Positions 1 to 12,069 of a DNA stretch of 64,000 bases are shown here, one piece after another. The DNA lies in the NCBI GenBank assembly GCA_010909165.1, contig VJWM01000249.1:171084-235083 (forward strand). The letters are read 5' to 3'. A program made the position numbers and the translations under genes. This DNA is from Anthoceros angustus. Its lineage: Eukaryota; Plantae; Anthocerotophyta. The first letter of the stretch is position 1. Each line of letters begins with the position of its first letter. The notes beneath the pieces are model-generated. The model was not told where the DNA came from, did not search any database, and saw nothing but the letters and a program-made list of their open reading frames with translations.

Positions 1-1486
1 GTAAGCTCCCAATGGATCGTTTCTCGTTCTCTTTAACCTCAAGGAGTAATCCTCATGCTAACACAATATTTAGTTTGTCATGCTCATCTAATTGTTGCTT
101 TGATTTAACTAAGACTCCTTTATCGTGAGGATGAGAGCGGAAAGAGGTAGGTGTCTTGATTATGTTAGAACGTTATTGGCTTTGGTGGCCTATCCAAGCT
201 TCTAGGTTGATGAATCGCTTCTTGCAAAAAAGCTTGGGAAAGCATTTCACGGTAGGGTTAGGCGGTTTCCTACTCACACTACTAGAAAAGAGGAGACTAT
301 GTTACAGTGGATGTTATATATTGGTGTTCTAGGGCTCCACGTTGTAACATAATGTGCAAGTAGGGTGGAGTAAATGCGGTTGCATTCGCATTACACTTGT
401 GTAATATGGGTATAACATGAGACTAGGGCAGGCATGGTCTCTTTGCGTTGAATAGCCTTCCCGGCCCACTAGCACATTTGAATATGTAGATGGCATTGTA
501 TTGTCTGCCTAACTTTAGGTTTACTTAACCGTAGATGTCAGCTGTAAGTAATTTGATTGGGTGAGTAACGGATCGGGGTGAGTTTCGCCAATGTAAGAAT
601 GACACTTGAGCGTTACCTCATGCACCAAAGTGATCAGTCAGGTATGCTGCAAAAAATACGAGATGTGGAGCTCTTGACGCTGAAAAAAGGACGCGTTTCT
701 GACGACTCTTATAGTCACTTGGGAAATGAAACACATCGCATCTTGAACAATGCAATTCTTGCGGATCAAGAAATTAGTTGATTCATGAAGCCAAAAGATG
801 GAAGGGCCTTGATAATTCGTCGGTTGGGCAAAGGTAAGGCCAGAGGCTCATATGTAGGTGATAGTTGCACTACACCCTTCCATGAGAGAGGCCAATTCAC
901 GGGTATGCTCAGTAGAACACAAGCCCCTATCAATGTCCCATTTAGCTTGAGCTAAGATAGCCAGTACTACTTGAGCTCTCTTTCTTCAGCATACGCTTAC
1001 GCATCTACCTATTAATGAGGTCTTCTTAGGACTAGTGACGTTTCCTGGTCACTACTTGGAAGGGTAAAAAAAAGGTAAAAGGTTATACAAAAACCCTCCA
1101 AAACCATGTTTTTATGGTTTCATGAAAAAAAATGAACACGTGAACCTAGGAGAAATTGACAAAGAGATATGTTTTAGCGTATGTATATGTGCACATCTCA
1201 AATTATTTTACCTAACAACGGGAATACATTATATATACACGTTGTTTTTAAAAACATGGGCATCTTTGTATGGACAACAAAGATGCAAACTCGCAATTGA
1301 AAAGCCATATGGGTCGAGTCGCTGTCCACCGTCATGGTCACCCCTCTACATAAGTGGGGAGGGTCGTGATGGCACCGGACGTTCTGTGCATAAAGCTTGC
1401 ATCCCCTGCTCACAAATGACGTGGGAATGCAGCAAGATTTTCTCACCGCCACCGTCATGCCACTACATCCATGAGCCGAACCCCAA

Positions 1487-4400
1487 GGACGTAAGCTAAG
1501 TGGTATGTAGAATAATAATAACTATGTACACACACACTCACTATAAATGCAGATATCGAGCCCTAATAAATCAAGCATCTATTCTCATCACTCCCACTTG
1601 TTGATAATTACGTCGCCTCCTTCGCCTTAGTAACTGTAAGTTCACCGGGCTTCTTGCTAGAAAGTGTGTGTACGTGGCGTAAGCTCCCAATGGATCGTGA
1701 TGCAGAAGGCACGCAGTTCATTGTTTTTAATAGCTCACACGCCCCATGCCATATAGCGGCTAGGCTCATAGGGCACAGGCTCAAATCCTTGGAAAACATG
1801 GCGTGGTCCGAGGAAAGCGCCTCCGCAGCGCGCCCTACCCAAGAGATCGGGCGCTGCAGCAGCCTGCCTAGAGCAACTGCCTTTGAGGAAGGCGCGAGAG
1901 TGCATCAGCCTGCACAAACGGTGAGAACAAGTGCAAGAGGAGCTATCAGCTCAGGGTGGTCGCGAGGAAGACCCCGAGGCCACCAGAGCTGTGCTTGAGG
2001 CGAGATGCCTCGAAACAGCACCAGAAGCAGTGGCGGTGGCGGCGACAGCGCCTCCACACCATACTCGCTTGACTTCAAGCAACAGGGCTGATCAACAAAC
2101 AGCGACCGTGCCACAACCTCGATCCCCCACAGCACCAACTACAGCCATGGGAGGTCTGAGAGGCCGGACACGCGAAGACATCCATTCTCGGGCGACAGTG
2201 GAGAGGTGCCGCTTCAATCGTGGTGAGTTTGAGTATGCCAGTACTGATCAACGCCCTCCTGTTCCGCCCAGGTTCCCAATTCCCACAGGTGTGATGTCAG
2301 AAACAAAGATCGTGACCCCTGGAAATTGGGAGACACCCGGAAGTCCTCTGTGGTATAGGTGCACATCCACTGGACTGGTGATGAAGCGCGTTGAGGTGCA
2401 GCTATGCCGTGAATACCAAGATCACATGACCACCATCTACAGTAAGTCTTCACACCAGTTCGAGTCCATTCTTCTACGCTTATAACAGCTAATGCAAACA
2501 GTTTGATATTTGTCTTTGTGTATGACCTGAAAAAGTCTTAACCCCCTGCTGACCTGTGTCAATTGTTTGTAAACCATGCTCCCATTGTCTATCAACAGGA
2601 TCTGAAGATAGGCTGGAAGAGGAGAACAGCCTGGAGACGAAGGAGAGAATTTCTTATCAGGAGAGGAAGAAAAGATTTTCTCCTCGCACTGAGAATGAAA
2701 CTTTTTCTTCAGAGTCTGTGGGCTATGATTCTTGGGAGAAATTTTCCAACTCAATAAGTTCTGAGAGCAGGAGATCTTTCCCATCTCCACCTGGAAATTC
2801 AGACAATGACGACAGCAATGACTGGGGTTGTGCCTAGCTTGGTTAGCTAGGTCTTAGATGAGGCAGTGGGGCTGCCTTCATGGCTTCCCATGCTAAGAAC
2901 TCTCATGTGTTTTTCGTGAAGTTCCCTTCCTAGGGACTTAGTTAAAATGTCTGCTGGGTTTTCAGATGTTAGCACATATTCTAGATCAATCTGTCCAGAT
3001 TTGATCAAGTTACGTATGAAGTGATATTCAACTTCCACGTGCTTGGTTCTATAGTGAAACACTGGATTGTGAGCAAGACTCATTGATCCAACAGCGTCTG
3101 TTTAGAAAGGGGTTTCTCCTGTCAAAAGGGGTTTTGGAAAAAATCCCAACCCTATTTCGCCGGAAACTGAAGTTGCTTTGGTTTTTGTTGGTTTTTGTAG
3201 GTGTTCATCCATCGGTTCCGGGCATTCTCGACTCGGCACCACTTCTGTCAGTCATTTACATTGGCGCCTTGTACTCGGGTTCATGGCGATTTAGTCGGTG
3301 TGATGAAGAACTAGTGACCTCATTGTTCCATAATTTCGTCATGTCGTAGTTTACGCATTTTGTGTGGTTTTGTATATTTTTTGTATACGGGGCCTAGGCG
3401 CGCATAAGTGCAGCGTCTAAACAACGCTATCAAACTTGTGCATGCATGCAAAAAAAATAATCTTTTAATGGGGACACATGTCCTTTTGGAGGTCGAGGAT
3501 GTCGGAACTCCCAACAAAATAACAAGTAGTAGACATCGGCGGAGGTTCACCTAGACCGCTCTCATATATCTATCCTATGCCCTAATGCGACGAAGAACAC
3601 CCTATCCCTTTTTATCCTTTACGGTGTTTAGTCTCTTTCGGTGACCTAGTACCGGTTATCATCAAAACATGTTAGGGGCCCACCGGTGAACAAGTGCATG
3701 TACCAGGGGCAGGACGTGGCTGCGCGCGCACTGGGCAGGGGCCGTGTGCGCGCATAAGTGCGCGCACCGAGGGCAGTGGTGCGCTGACTGAGGCGCCACA
3801 GGGGCAGTCGCACTTGTGCGCGCAGGGGCAAGGAGGCCAGTGCACGCACAAGTGCACGCACCCAAGGTCGAAGGGCCTAGGAGCATGAACCCATATGGTT
3901 CATGCCTCCTAGTGCATTCCCACGTTCATCCAAAGAAAAAAGAGCAAAAGTCTAAAAACCCTTAAAACCTAAAAATCACAAAAGTCCAGTTTTTGAGGCA
4001 AGTCAGACTTGCTAAAATTTTGACAATTTTTGAATTGTTTTGTATTTGTTTTGATATTTTTTGTTTTAAAGGGTTCCTTTCGACGCTTTTCAACCTTTTT
4101 GTGCACCTCCCTAATGTGGATATGTTCTTATCTTTACTTAACCCTCATCTTTTTCTAGTGGTTAAAACTTTGAACTAGTAGTGAGAACCTTTTGCATCTT
4201 TTGAATCTTGAGGCGTTTGGCGTGGGCCCGGCTCAAGTGCGACCATGCCACTCTCATTCTCGCACGCATGTGGATCAAGAACATTAGGTCAACGAAGATA
4301 TTATTGTCCCAATGTCTAAGAAACAAAGTCTGTAAAATTCTCGATAGAGTATAGTCTTAGGATTGAGTGGTATGAATGAAAGGTTGAAAGCAAACAAGTT

Positions 4401-4783
4401 TGCGCACGTAATTACAGCAAGCCTAAAAACTCTAAAGCGTTTGTATCGTCAACACCGCAATGATTGCGGATGTTGGAAGCTATTAGATCTAAGTGCGCAT
4501 AAGTTTGCGCACGTGTCCATTTTGAAAAGAAAAGCCGAGCGAGAATGGGACTTTAGGTTTTGCCACGTACTTGCAATCTACAATCTCAAATAACGTGTAT
4601 CAAAACAATTATTCAAAAGGTTGCGGGTGACATGTGCGAAATACCAAAAGGCGATTATAGTGCGGATTTTTCAAGTGCAAAAAGGGGTCCGGCCACGTCC
4701 GTGTGCAAAAAGGGTTTCAGGAGAAACCCCTTTCTAAACAGACGCTGTTATCCTTGATTGTCTGTTTTAATTGTGGTGCAGGT
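1487..4783 (-). mobile_element. Ty1/Copia 3' relic: RNase H end, antisense ORF region, PPT and partial 3' LTR; interrupted by a TIR element at 3090-4749
   Basis: The minus ORF 2847-3083 reads SLAHNPVFHYRTKHVEVEYH..NPADILTKSL, a Copia RNase H C-terminus. It continues past the insertion as TCTTIKTDNQG (4750-4783). The PPT TCAACAAGTGGGAG|TG at ~1590-1604 (minus) is the same as the one before the LTR at 52349. Confidence 0.8.
3090..4749. mobile_element. Non-autonomous DNA transposon with perfect 32-bp TIRs and a 4-bp TSD (ATCC)
   Basis: AACAGCGTCTGTTTAGAAAGGGGTTTCTCCTG at 3090-3121 has its exact reverse complement at 4718-4749. ATCC flanks both ends. Removing the element restores the Copia codons D-N-Q-G-S-M. 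No transposase ORF is visible. Confidence 0.9.
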
Positions 4784-5768
4784 TGTCGGTGGTAGGTGGC
4801 ACATCGTTCGAACGTGCATGCAAGCAGGCAGTCAACACAACAAACACAATGTGCTATCCGATGCTTAAGATCTATACTATTTCCTCCTACCAGAATTTGT
4901 TGTCGGTCACTCTTCATTTGTTATCAGTGATTCTTCATTTATTGTCCGGAATTCTCCACTCTTACGTTTCACATTGAACATGTCCAAATAAGAGGTGACA
5001 AATTGACTTTTTGAAAAGAAGAACAAACCTAAAGATGAATTCAAAATTTCATATAAGGATTTATTAGAAGTGAAAAAACCTTTGTTGGATTCAAATGAAA
5101 GAGCCTATGCTCAAGAGAATAAGTTCTTAAAGAGTATGCAAGTGTTTACAATAAGAACTGCTACTTGGGCACTAATAACATTCTTATAACTGACACATTT
5201 GGCCAATTGATGCTCTTATAATGGCACTTTTATCTTCCTTACAATTAACTTCTCAAATTTTTTTATTTTTTCTTTGGATAATTAAAAGCTAAAAAATTCT
5301 TGACATTTTGATCTATTATCATAACTGACTCAGGTTAAAACACTATAACATGTGTAATGCTTTAATCAACTATTCTAGCATGTTGCATTTCTAAGGGTTC
5401 TCAAGATTCTTATTTTTATGATAAAATATAAATAAAATATATTCAATATAAAAAATCATCTAATTCCATATTCTTATGACCCAATATGGTATCTTTTCAT
5501 CAAATATTTTTTGATCATAAAAGATAACTAATAAAAATTTTCTTAGTAAAAAACCAAAGACTTTTAATTACTAACTCTATTAGATTCTAGTCCTCTTAGA
5601 TTCTTTAATTAGTGATCTATTTAAAATACTAAAAAATTCTAAGGTCTAGGAGCTTTTAATCCTTTTTGTTATCTAAAATCTTTTTGGTTTCTAACGAGAG
5701 CTAGGAGTCGACTCGAAGTACATATGTAGTAATCTGTGTAGGTCGAACGAGTCACCGCTGCGACCGCA
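4784..5768. mobile_element. Possible old AT-rich MITE-like element with degenerate terminal inverted repeats
   Basis: The left end TGTCGGTGGTAGGTGGCACATCGTTCGA resembles the reverse complement of the right end (TGCGGTCGCAGCGGTGACTCGTTCGA). The interior is AT-rich. No TSD was confirmed. Confidence 0.3.
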
Positions 5769-6053
5769 TACATAGTACGACACGGACAGACTGTAGACTG
5801 CCAAAGAATGGACTGTATGTACATACAAATGTTTTTACACTGCGCAAATGGACACGTCGCTGGAATGCATGCTCAATGATTGCCAAACAATCGAAAAACA
5901 CATTTGGACAACATTATGTTAAGAATCTTACTACATACAACTCGAGCTTCCCAACACCGACGCAAGAAGGAGCCCAACGGGAGCCCTATCCGCCTCGTAT
6001 CTCTCGTGTACTCCTGCCGGGTGGCCCTCTCAGTTGCTTCATGCGCGTCCCCG

Positions 6054-8183
6054 TCAGTGTGGAATCACACCACTGGAGTGAGGAACAAGAAAGAAGGCCA
6101 CGGCTGCTGCCATCACCAAAATGCTTGCTACCCAAATCAGCCAAGCTCTACTCCACAGCTCCCGCGCCATAGCAGCAAGAAGTGCAGCAAAAGCGGCCGC
6201 TGGATGGCCTTCCTGCCACATCCGCCCACCTGTACCCGTCGTCAGATAATGGAGACTCGTTTGCAAGCACACCGGCAAGATGTGCACATACTAGCACGAA
6301 GTCATGAGCCACGCTTTACTCACGTTCTTCCACTAGGAAATCACCGGCCCAAGACGAGAGATCTGTGTCCACACGGTTTGACCTTGTGATGAGGTCCAGC
6401 AATGCTTCATTGACCTACCACCAGAAAGATAAGCAGTTAGCACACCATCCAACTGCCATGGTCACCCAGAATCTGCCGGTTGCCCAACCTGATCTGTTCT
6501 GCTCACCATTTGACAAAAGTGAAACACACCTCATCCCTGTGTTGATGTGGCACCATGTGTCCGCCAGGCAGCTCCAACATACGAGCCACGGGGTGCAGAT
6601 GTCTCGCTAACCTTCGGCCATGTCTCACCTGGGCAATCACATCACCCCTGCTCAACCATAAACCAAACATTACCTGCTCATCAAGCTCAAAACGGCCGCG
6701 GTACACTTACAAGTGTGAAGCCAACACACATCACCCTTTCTACCTTCCGTGCACCACCAGCACCAAGATGCCGGCATTTCGGATGGTGTGCATCTCGTCC
6801 TTGCTCAAGGAGTGCGTCCAACAGGCATGGGCCTGTCCGTCGAACGCATGCTTCGGCTGCATGCCACCCGCCCTGATGTTCTGCACATACCCCTGGAAAT
6901 GCAGAGGGCAGCTGTCACATCTGCTTTTCATCAAGGGAGCTAAATCTCATGTCTCCATCCGCTACTTCAAGCCGTGCATGAATGGAAAGATTCTCCGCCT
7001 GAAAGCAGCTAAGCTTCAGGCGTGATTGACGCAGACATACCTGCAGCAGCAAGGCTCTCCTCTTGACGTTTCCCACCTCGTCATCGAGATAGTCCTGCAG
7101 AAATCGGCTATCACCAAGATGAGAATGACAAGGTGCTTATCCAAGAGGGTTGGATCCTTCTTCCAGGTGAACAATGGGCAGCACACCTGCGTGTAATGAG
7201 TCTCCAGGTCTACCAGTGCCCTCTTCTCAGGAGTCTGAGCCCTCAAGAACCGAAACATGAGCGCAATCATTGCCCTGTCAACCTGCACAACAATGTGACT
7301 GTAATTGCAGGTTTGCACATACGACATGCAGCTCTCACTCGCCTTGCAATGAGATCAAACTACTTACCTTGGGCAGACATTCATAGCCGCCCCTTGTGAC
7401 CGACAGCAAACAGGCGGACGCAACGCGCTCTGGTGCTATGGCCATAAGTTTACTGGCAATCATACCTCCTGTTCCACCAAGGAGCCACAGAAGGTGAGTA
7501 GACCTAATCCCTCTCTTCGGACCAGGTTACCATGCAGTGCGATGAACCTTGCCAACCATAGCTCACTAACAAGATGTGAAATGAGCACAGGGTGACAGAA
7601 AGCAATACCCATAGAATGACCACAAACGTGAACCTTGTGCCATCCCAAATGATCCAGCACAGCCAGAGCATCCATCGCCATGACCTTCATTCTGCATGCA
7701 CCTGTAAATCTCCATCAGAAACTACCTTAGGGCTCCAACCTCGATAGGGTGCGAGGACACTAACGAGTAGGATTCCTTCTTCTTCGGCTTGGAGCTGTTC
7801 CCCACCCCGCGGTTGTCCAAGGCACAAATCTGAAACTCAATTCCCTCTGATGACTCCCCCTTGCTGCCCGAAGCGGCGCCATCGTCCCCCTCCTCGTTGG
7901 GGACGGTGGTGCCGCACAGGGCTCTCACTTGAGGCAACCATAGCTGGTGCGATGACGCCAGTCCTGCGCCAGAAACAAACATCACGCCTGAAAACCAATC
8001 CAATGCCAATGCCAATTCTCCAAATCCATTCCTCCTCGGACTCCAATCCAACAGTCTCCGGAAAAAACAACCTGGGATGAGCAAAAGCTTGGTCCTTCCA
8101 TGCCCGTAGAGCTGGTAGAAGATAGTGATTTCCTCATGGCTGCCTCCGGCAGCACCGGCATGGTTCACGACACAACTGGGCAT
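6054..8183 (-). CDS. Alpha/beta-fold hydrolase, multi-exon, with a hydrophobic C-terminal tail
   Basis: Spliced GT-AG exons give IFYQLYGHGRTKLLLIPGLASSH, ALDNRGVGNS, the nucleophile elbow GHSMG, VLVVHGRGDVIA (acid) and LPGGHMV (His). The last-exon boundary is less certain. Confidence 0.88.
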
Positions 8184-8317
8184 CGCACCGTGCCAGGAAT
8201 CGGATGGCGATGCTAGAGGAGAAGCGGATCATAAGTCGAACGAGGACAAACCAATCCGATCCGAAGGAGACGTGAGCTGCGCAGGATCCCAGAATCCACA
8301 CGGGCTGCGGCAACAAC

Positions 8318-8327
8318 GCCACGTGTA
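8318..8327. promoter_or_regulatory. G-box/ABRE (TACACGTGGC on the minus strand) in the divergent hydrolase/F-box intergenic region
   Basis: GCCACGTGTA matches the canonical ACGTGGC ABRE core and lies in the 367-bp head-to-head spacer. Confidence 0.4.
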
Positions 8328-8550
8328 CGGGCGGGATTAGTGCAATAGAATCGGGTCCCTGGAGTACGGGAATTCTAGTCCCGTCCTCGTCGGACGGCCC
8401 GTTTAAGAAGCGGGTGCCCTAATGCGGATCAAAGTGAGCGGACCGGAGTGCGTAGAAGCTGCTGCATCCGGTGTTGAAGTGGAAGTGGCGGGTAGCGAGC
8501 GGGAGCAAGAAGGCAAGAAAGCGCGGCAAGGAAGCTTTGCGAGGCAGGCG

Positions 8551-9831
8551 ATGGCGGATCCTTGCCCGAGCTCGAGCGGCCCGAGCCCGTGCGATGGCCT
8601 GCCGGACGAATTGCTGTGGAACATCCTAGCGCGGCTGGGGACAGTGCAGCTGGTGCAGGCGCGGTCGGTGAGCAGGAAATGGAACCGGGTGGTGGTGACG
8701 CAGCCGCTGGACGATCAGGCGTGCTGGTGTCTGCTGGTGTGCCGGCTGGCGGACCACCGGTTCCTGTCTTCTGCCGGGGACGCAACCCTGCCGGATGCGC
8801 TGCCGGTAACGCAGAGCTGGGCCATGGATCCCGCCTCCCGGCGGTGGCACAGGGTGAGCCTGCCGGCGGGGCCGACCTCGCACCGGCTGCATCTCTTCCG
8901 CTCTAGCGCGCCGGGGTCTGGCCTGCTGGCGTTCCGGGACGTGCACCGGGGGAAGCCGGCGCCGGTGTTCTACTGGGTGGGGAACCCGCTCACCAACAAG
9001 TGGCGGCAGATCGGTCTCCCGCCTCCCTGCCCGGCGGATCGCGCTAAGAGGGTGATATCCGACGAGCTCCTCTTCGACAGCAGCAGCAACAGGTATATCA
9101 TTGCGCGGTTCCGGAGCAAGGAGGGAGTCGGGGCGGAGGAGCAGTACTCGTGGGTGTCGGATATGTACTGCTCGAGCACGGGGAGGTGGAGCCAGGGCCC
9201 GTCCGTGGCCGGGGACTGGTGCGACCTGGCGCTCTACTACACCGCCTCCACCTGCGTGTCGCAGGCTCTGGGATGCGTCTTCTTCCTGCAGGTGAGCCAC
9301 CATTCGCTGCTGGTGCAGGTGGTGGCGTACCACATCCAGCAGCAGCAGTTCCGCCTCCTCATCCCGCCTGCGCCCGTCTCCTGCTCCGACGGCGCGCTCT
9401 CCGCCCAGTTCTTCCAGCTCTTCGTCAACCACCGGGGCCAGCTGGAGTGCGTGGCCGGGATCGCCAACGGCATGGCCGGATTCCTGCTGCCGGGGTACGG
9501 CTACCCGCTGGACAGGTTCGGGGTGCTCACGTACCAGCCCGAGTCGCACCAGTGGGTGGTGGACAAGGCCACGGAGGTGGACATCGCGCGCTGCTTCGGG
9601 CCCGACGAGTCCGACCAGGCGCACTGCACCTCCTTCCAGATCACCCCGGGCCTCGGCTGCTTGTACCTCGCCTCGCACGCCTATTTTACCAAAATCTTGC
9701 ACTACAATGCTGCCAGCAAGCAGTGGTCCCGCCTCGCGGACCCTTTCGATCGCCACCTGCTGCCGGACAAGCGCGGGCAATGGCAGGAATCCATGGCCAC
9801 TTTCCTCCCTCGCCTTGATGTAGAACCCTAG
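8551..9831 (+). CDS. Intronless F-box protein with a kelch/FBA-like beta-propeller C-terminus
   Basis: F-box motif LPDELLWNILARL..LVQARSVSRKWN is followed by VGNPLTNKWRQI and MYCSSTGRWS, typical of plant F-box/kelch-like proteins. High GC3. The ATG at 8551 is preferred over 8422. Confidence 0.88.
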   Translation: MADPCPSSSGPSPCDGLPDELLWNILARLGTVQLVQARSVSRKWNRVVVTQPLDDQACWCLLVCRLADHRFLSSAGDATLPDALPVTQSWAMDPASRRWHRVSLPAGPTSHRLHLFRSSAPGSGLLAFRDVHRGKPAPVFYWVGNPLTNKWRQIGLPPPCPADRAKRVISDELLFDSSSNRYIIARFRSKEGVGAEEQYSWVSDMYCSSTGRWSQGPSVAGDWCDLALYYTASTCVSQALGCVFFLQVSHHSLLVQVVAYHIQQQQFRLLIPPAPVSCSDGALSAQFFQLFVNHRGQLECVAGIANGMAGFLLPGYGYPLDRFGVLTYQPESHQWVVDKATEVDIARCFGPDESDQAHCTSFQITPGLGCLYLASHAYFTKILHYNAASKQWSRLADPFDRHLLPDKRGQWQESMATFLPRLDVEP

Positions 9832-9939
9832 CTATAGAGCTATAGCTTCGAAACCGAAATTCTCACACTATAAAGCGGTTTCGCTCTCGCCTCACTCCCA
9901 CATGCGTAGGCCTTGCGCGGCACTGCGATCGGCGGAGCC

Positions 9940-10503
9940 ATGGTCAGTGAATTAGTGAACGAAATTGTGTGCCGTGCTTCCACCTTTTATGCATCCGCGT
10001 GACGGCTTCTGTCGCCTGTTTGTGCCAGTCGGTGCTCTTCAATTTCCAGTCTTTCCTCACAGTGGTGCTGCTACTCATCTGCTCCTGCGCTTACATCAAA
10101 ATCCATTTCCCGCGCATCCTGGATCGGAAGACCGGGTGCGTCCCAAACCCTAGCTCACCGCTCTCGCTGCAGCTTCGCCTTCCCCTCTTAGGCTTTGCCC
10201 TGACATCGCTTTGTTCTGCCGTGCTTGCAGGTTTCGAGGTTTCTTCTGGCGGGCTGCTCGAATTGGTCAGTAGGGTTTCGTGTTTCATGATACCTTTCTC
10301 CCGTTGTGCTTCTCTGTCAGTTTTGCTGACTTCTTTTTGTTCCCCTATTCTTTAGCAGCAAGCCGTCAAACCAACTGACTTGCTGTGTGCGGGGTTGTGT
10401 CATCTGAATCTGCATATATGTTTCTTTGCCTGCAGGTGAGCGCTTAAGCCCATGGGTTGCCGGATGTTGTTTTGTCATGGGCTTGACTATTGTGTTCTTC
10501 TGA
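9940..10503 (+). CDS. Protein kish (TMEM167/Ksh1 family), 4 exons
   Basis: Exons 9940-9942, 10029-10135, 10231-10265 and 10436-10503 splice to [70 protein letters not shown]. Confidence 0.93.
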
Positions 10504-11045
10504 CCTCTCATGGCCTGGCCATGGCCACACTTACAAGTTGGTACAGATTTAGCCCAGACATGTTTGAGAGCTGTGGCAGCCCAGCCACAGGATTTTAGCT
10601 TTGCCCGAATATCTAGCAGGCAGCGTTCTAAACAGCTGGGTGTGCTTTCAAAAACGGTCACCTTCACCTCGGTGTTTCCAAGGTCAATGCAGCTTTGCCC
10701 AAATGACTAGTAGGCGCCGTTGATCGAAACAGATGACTGCTTTTTCGTTTACATTGGTGTTTGTGATGTCAAAGCATATCTGACGAGGGCTCAACACCTC
10801 GAGAAATGGCATCGGTTTTTTTTCGATGTCAAACATCAAGCTTTAGATCGTGGTAGCTCACAAGGTCGAGATGTTAGTAATAATGTCAGTGTATTTGTAC
10901 ACAAGGGTCGTAAAGAGGTCTGAACGAAATTAGGGTCCAGCTTGCTCACTTGTCGTAAGAGCACAACTTCACACGTATACAGTTGCTGTCCGGTCCACAT
11001 GACGCACGCCCCCGTAACAAACACGGGCTTAACGCCCTCTACAAT

Positions 11046-12069
11046 CTACAATCCCGGCCCCGACACCTGGCGGCCGGGAATTTTGTGAGCATGTCCGACA
11101 TCCTGCTCAGAACTGAGCAGTCCCAAGCAAAACAAGATCTCGTAAGCAGCAATGAGCCATCGCGAAGCCTGCTGTGGCGTGATAGTGTCCAGCAACCCCT
11201 TGAGCGTGCAGAGGCGGAGCTGCTCCGCTTCGATAAGGAGATCCACAACCGTCTTCAGCCTGGACTCCACAGCAGCTTCCAGCTCTCTCATGTCTCCGTC
11301 CACCAGCAGCTTGTCGCTCCCACTCACTATACTCCTAATAACGTCATCACTGTTGAGCATCTGCAAGCACAAAACCACGACACCATCGTGTTTGAAGCAA
11401 ATGCAACCAGCCGAGGCAACGTGCAGAGAAAACTTCACAACAAGACACCAAGCCAGTACCGGATCACCTGCAGATCGGTGACTCGCGACGAGATGCTGTC
11501 TTCCACCTGTTGCGTGCGTTTCTGCAACGCATCCAGTTCCGAATTGAGCTTGTCCGATGCAGCCGAATCGGAGTCTAGGGTGGAGTAGGCCAGAATGATG
11601 CCGGATGTAGGTCTCCAGCCTCCCATCCACATAAATGCTTCTTGCAAATAGCTGCACCCGATATCTAAGAAGCAAGAAGATCCAAGTCAGAGGAAGGAAC
11701 GTCAACCCGGTGGTAGCAGTGCTGCGGCTGGTGGCAGGGGCAGGGGCGGGGACGCCGCGAGGAGAAGTGCAACGTACTAGCAGCCGTGAACTGAGCGTTG
11801 CCCCTACCATGCTCCAGCTTCTCTACCACAAAATCCGTGTACTCGAAATACATCTTCCACAGCAGTGGACGGAGGTGCGCGCCGGGCATGTGCTCCTTGA
11901 GCGCCACCCTAACTTCCCCGACATTTTCCGCAAGTCTTGACCACCACTTTGCCGAGAAATCCTTGAGCTTGCTATGCGACGGCACTCCCAGCTCTGGGAA
12001 GGGCTGCAGCTCAAAGCCGTCGACGTCGGCCCTGCACTCGACCATACTATCCGGGGATGGCAGCATCAT
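11046..12069 (-). CDS. DOG1-domain (DOG1/TGA-like) protein, at least 3 exons
   Basis: Motifs are F..KWW at the domain start, AFMWMGGWRPT, LQKRTQQVEDSIS and EAEQLRLCTLKGLLDTITPQQASRWLIA. Introns are at ~11665-11777 and 11361-11467. The start codon is uncertain because an AG acceptor precedes 12069. Confidence 0.82.

Noticed and set aside
6054-8183. Hydrolase as a KAI2/D14 or GID1 hormone receptor
   Set aside because: It has GHSMG and DNRGVG rather than the KAI2/D14 GHSVS and HGFGTDQS motifs or the GID1 HGGS motif, so it is an ordinary conserved plant hydrolase family.
8626-9780. 384-aa minus-strand ORF
   Set aside because: Antisense shadow of the GC-rich F-box CDS.
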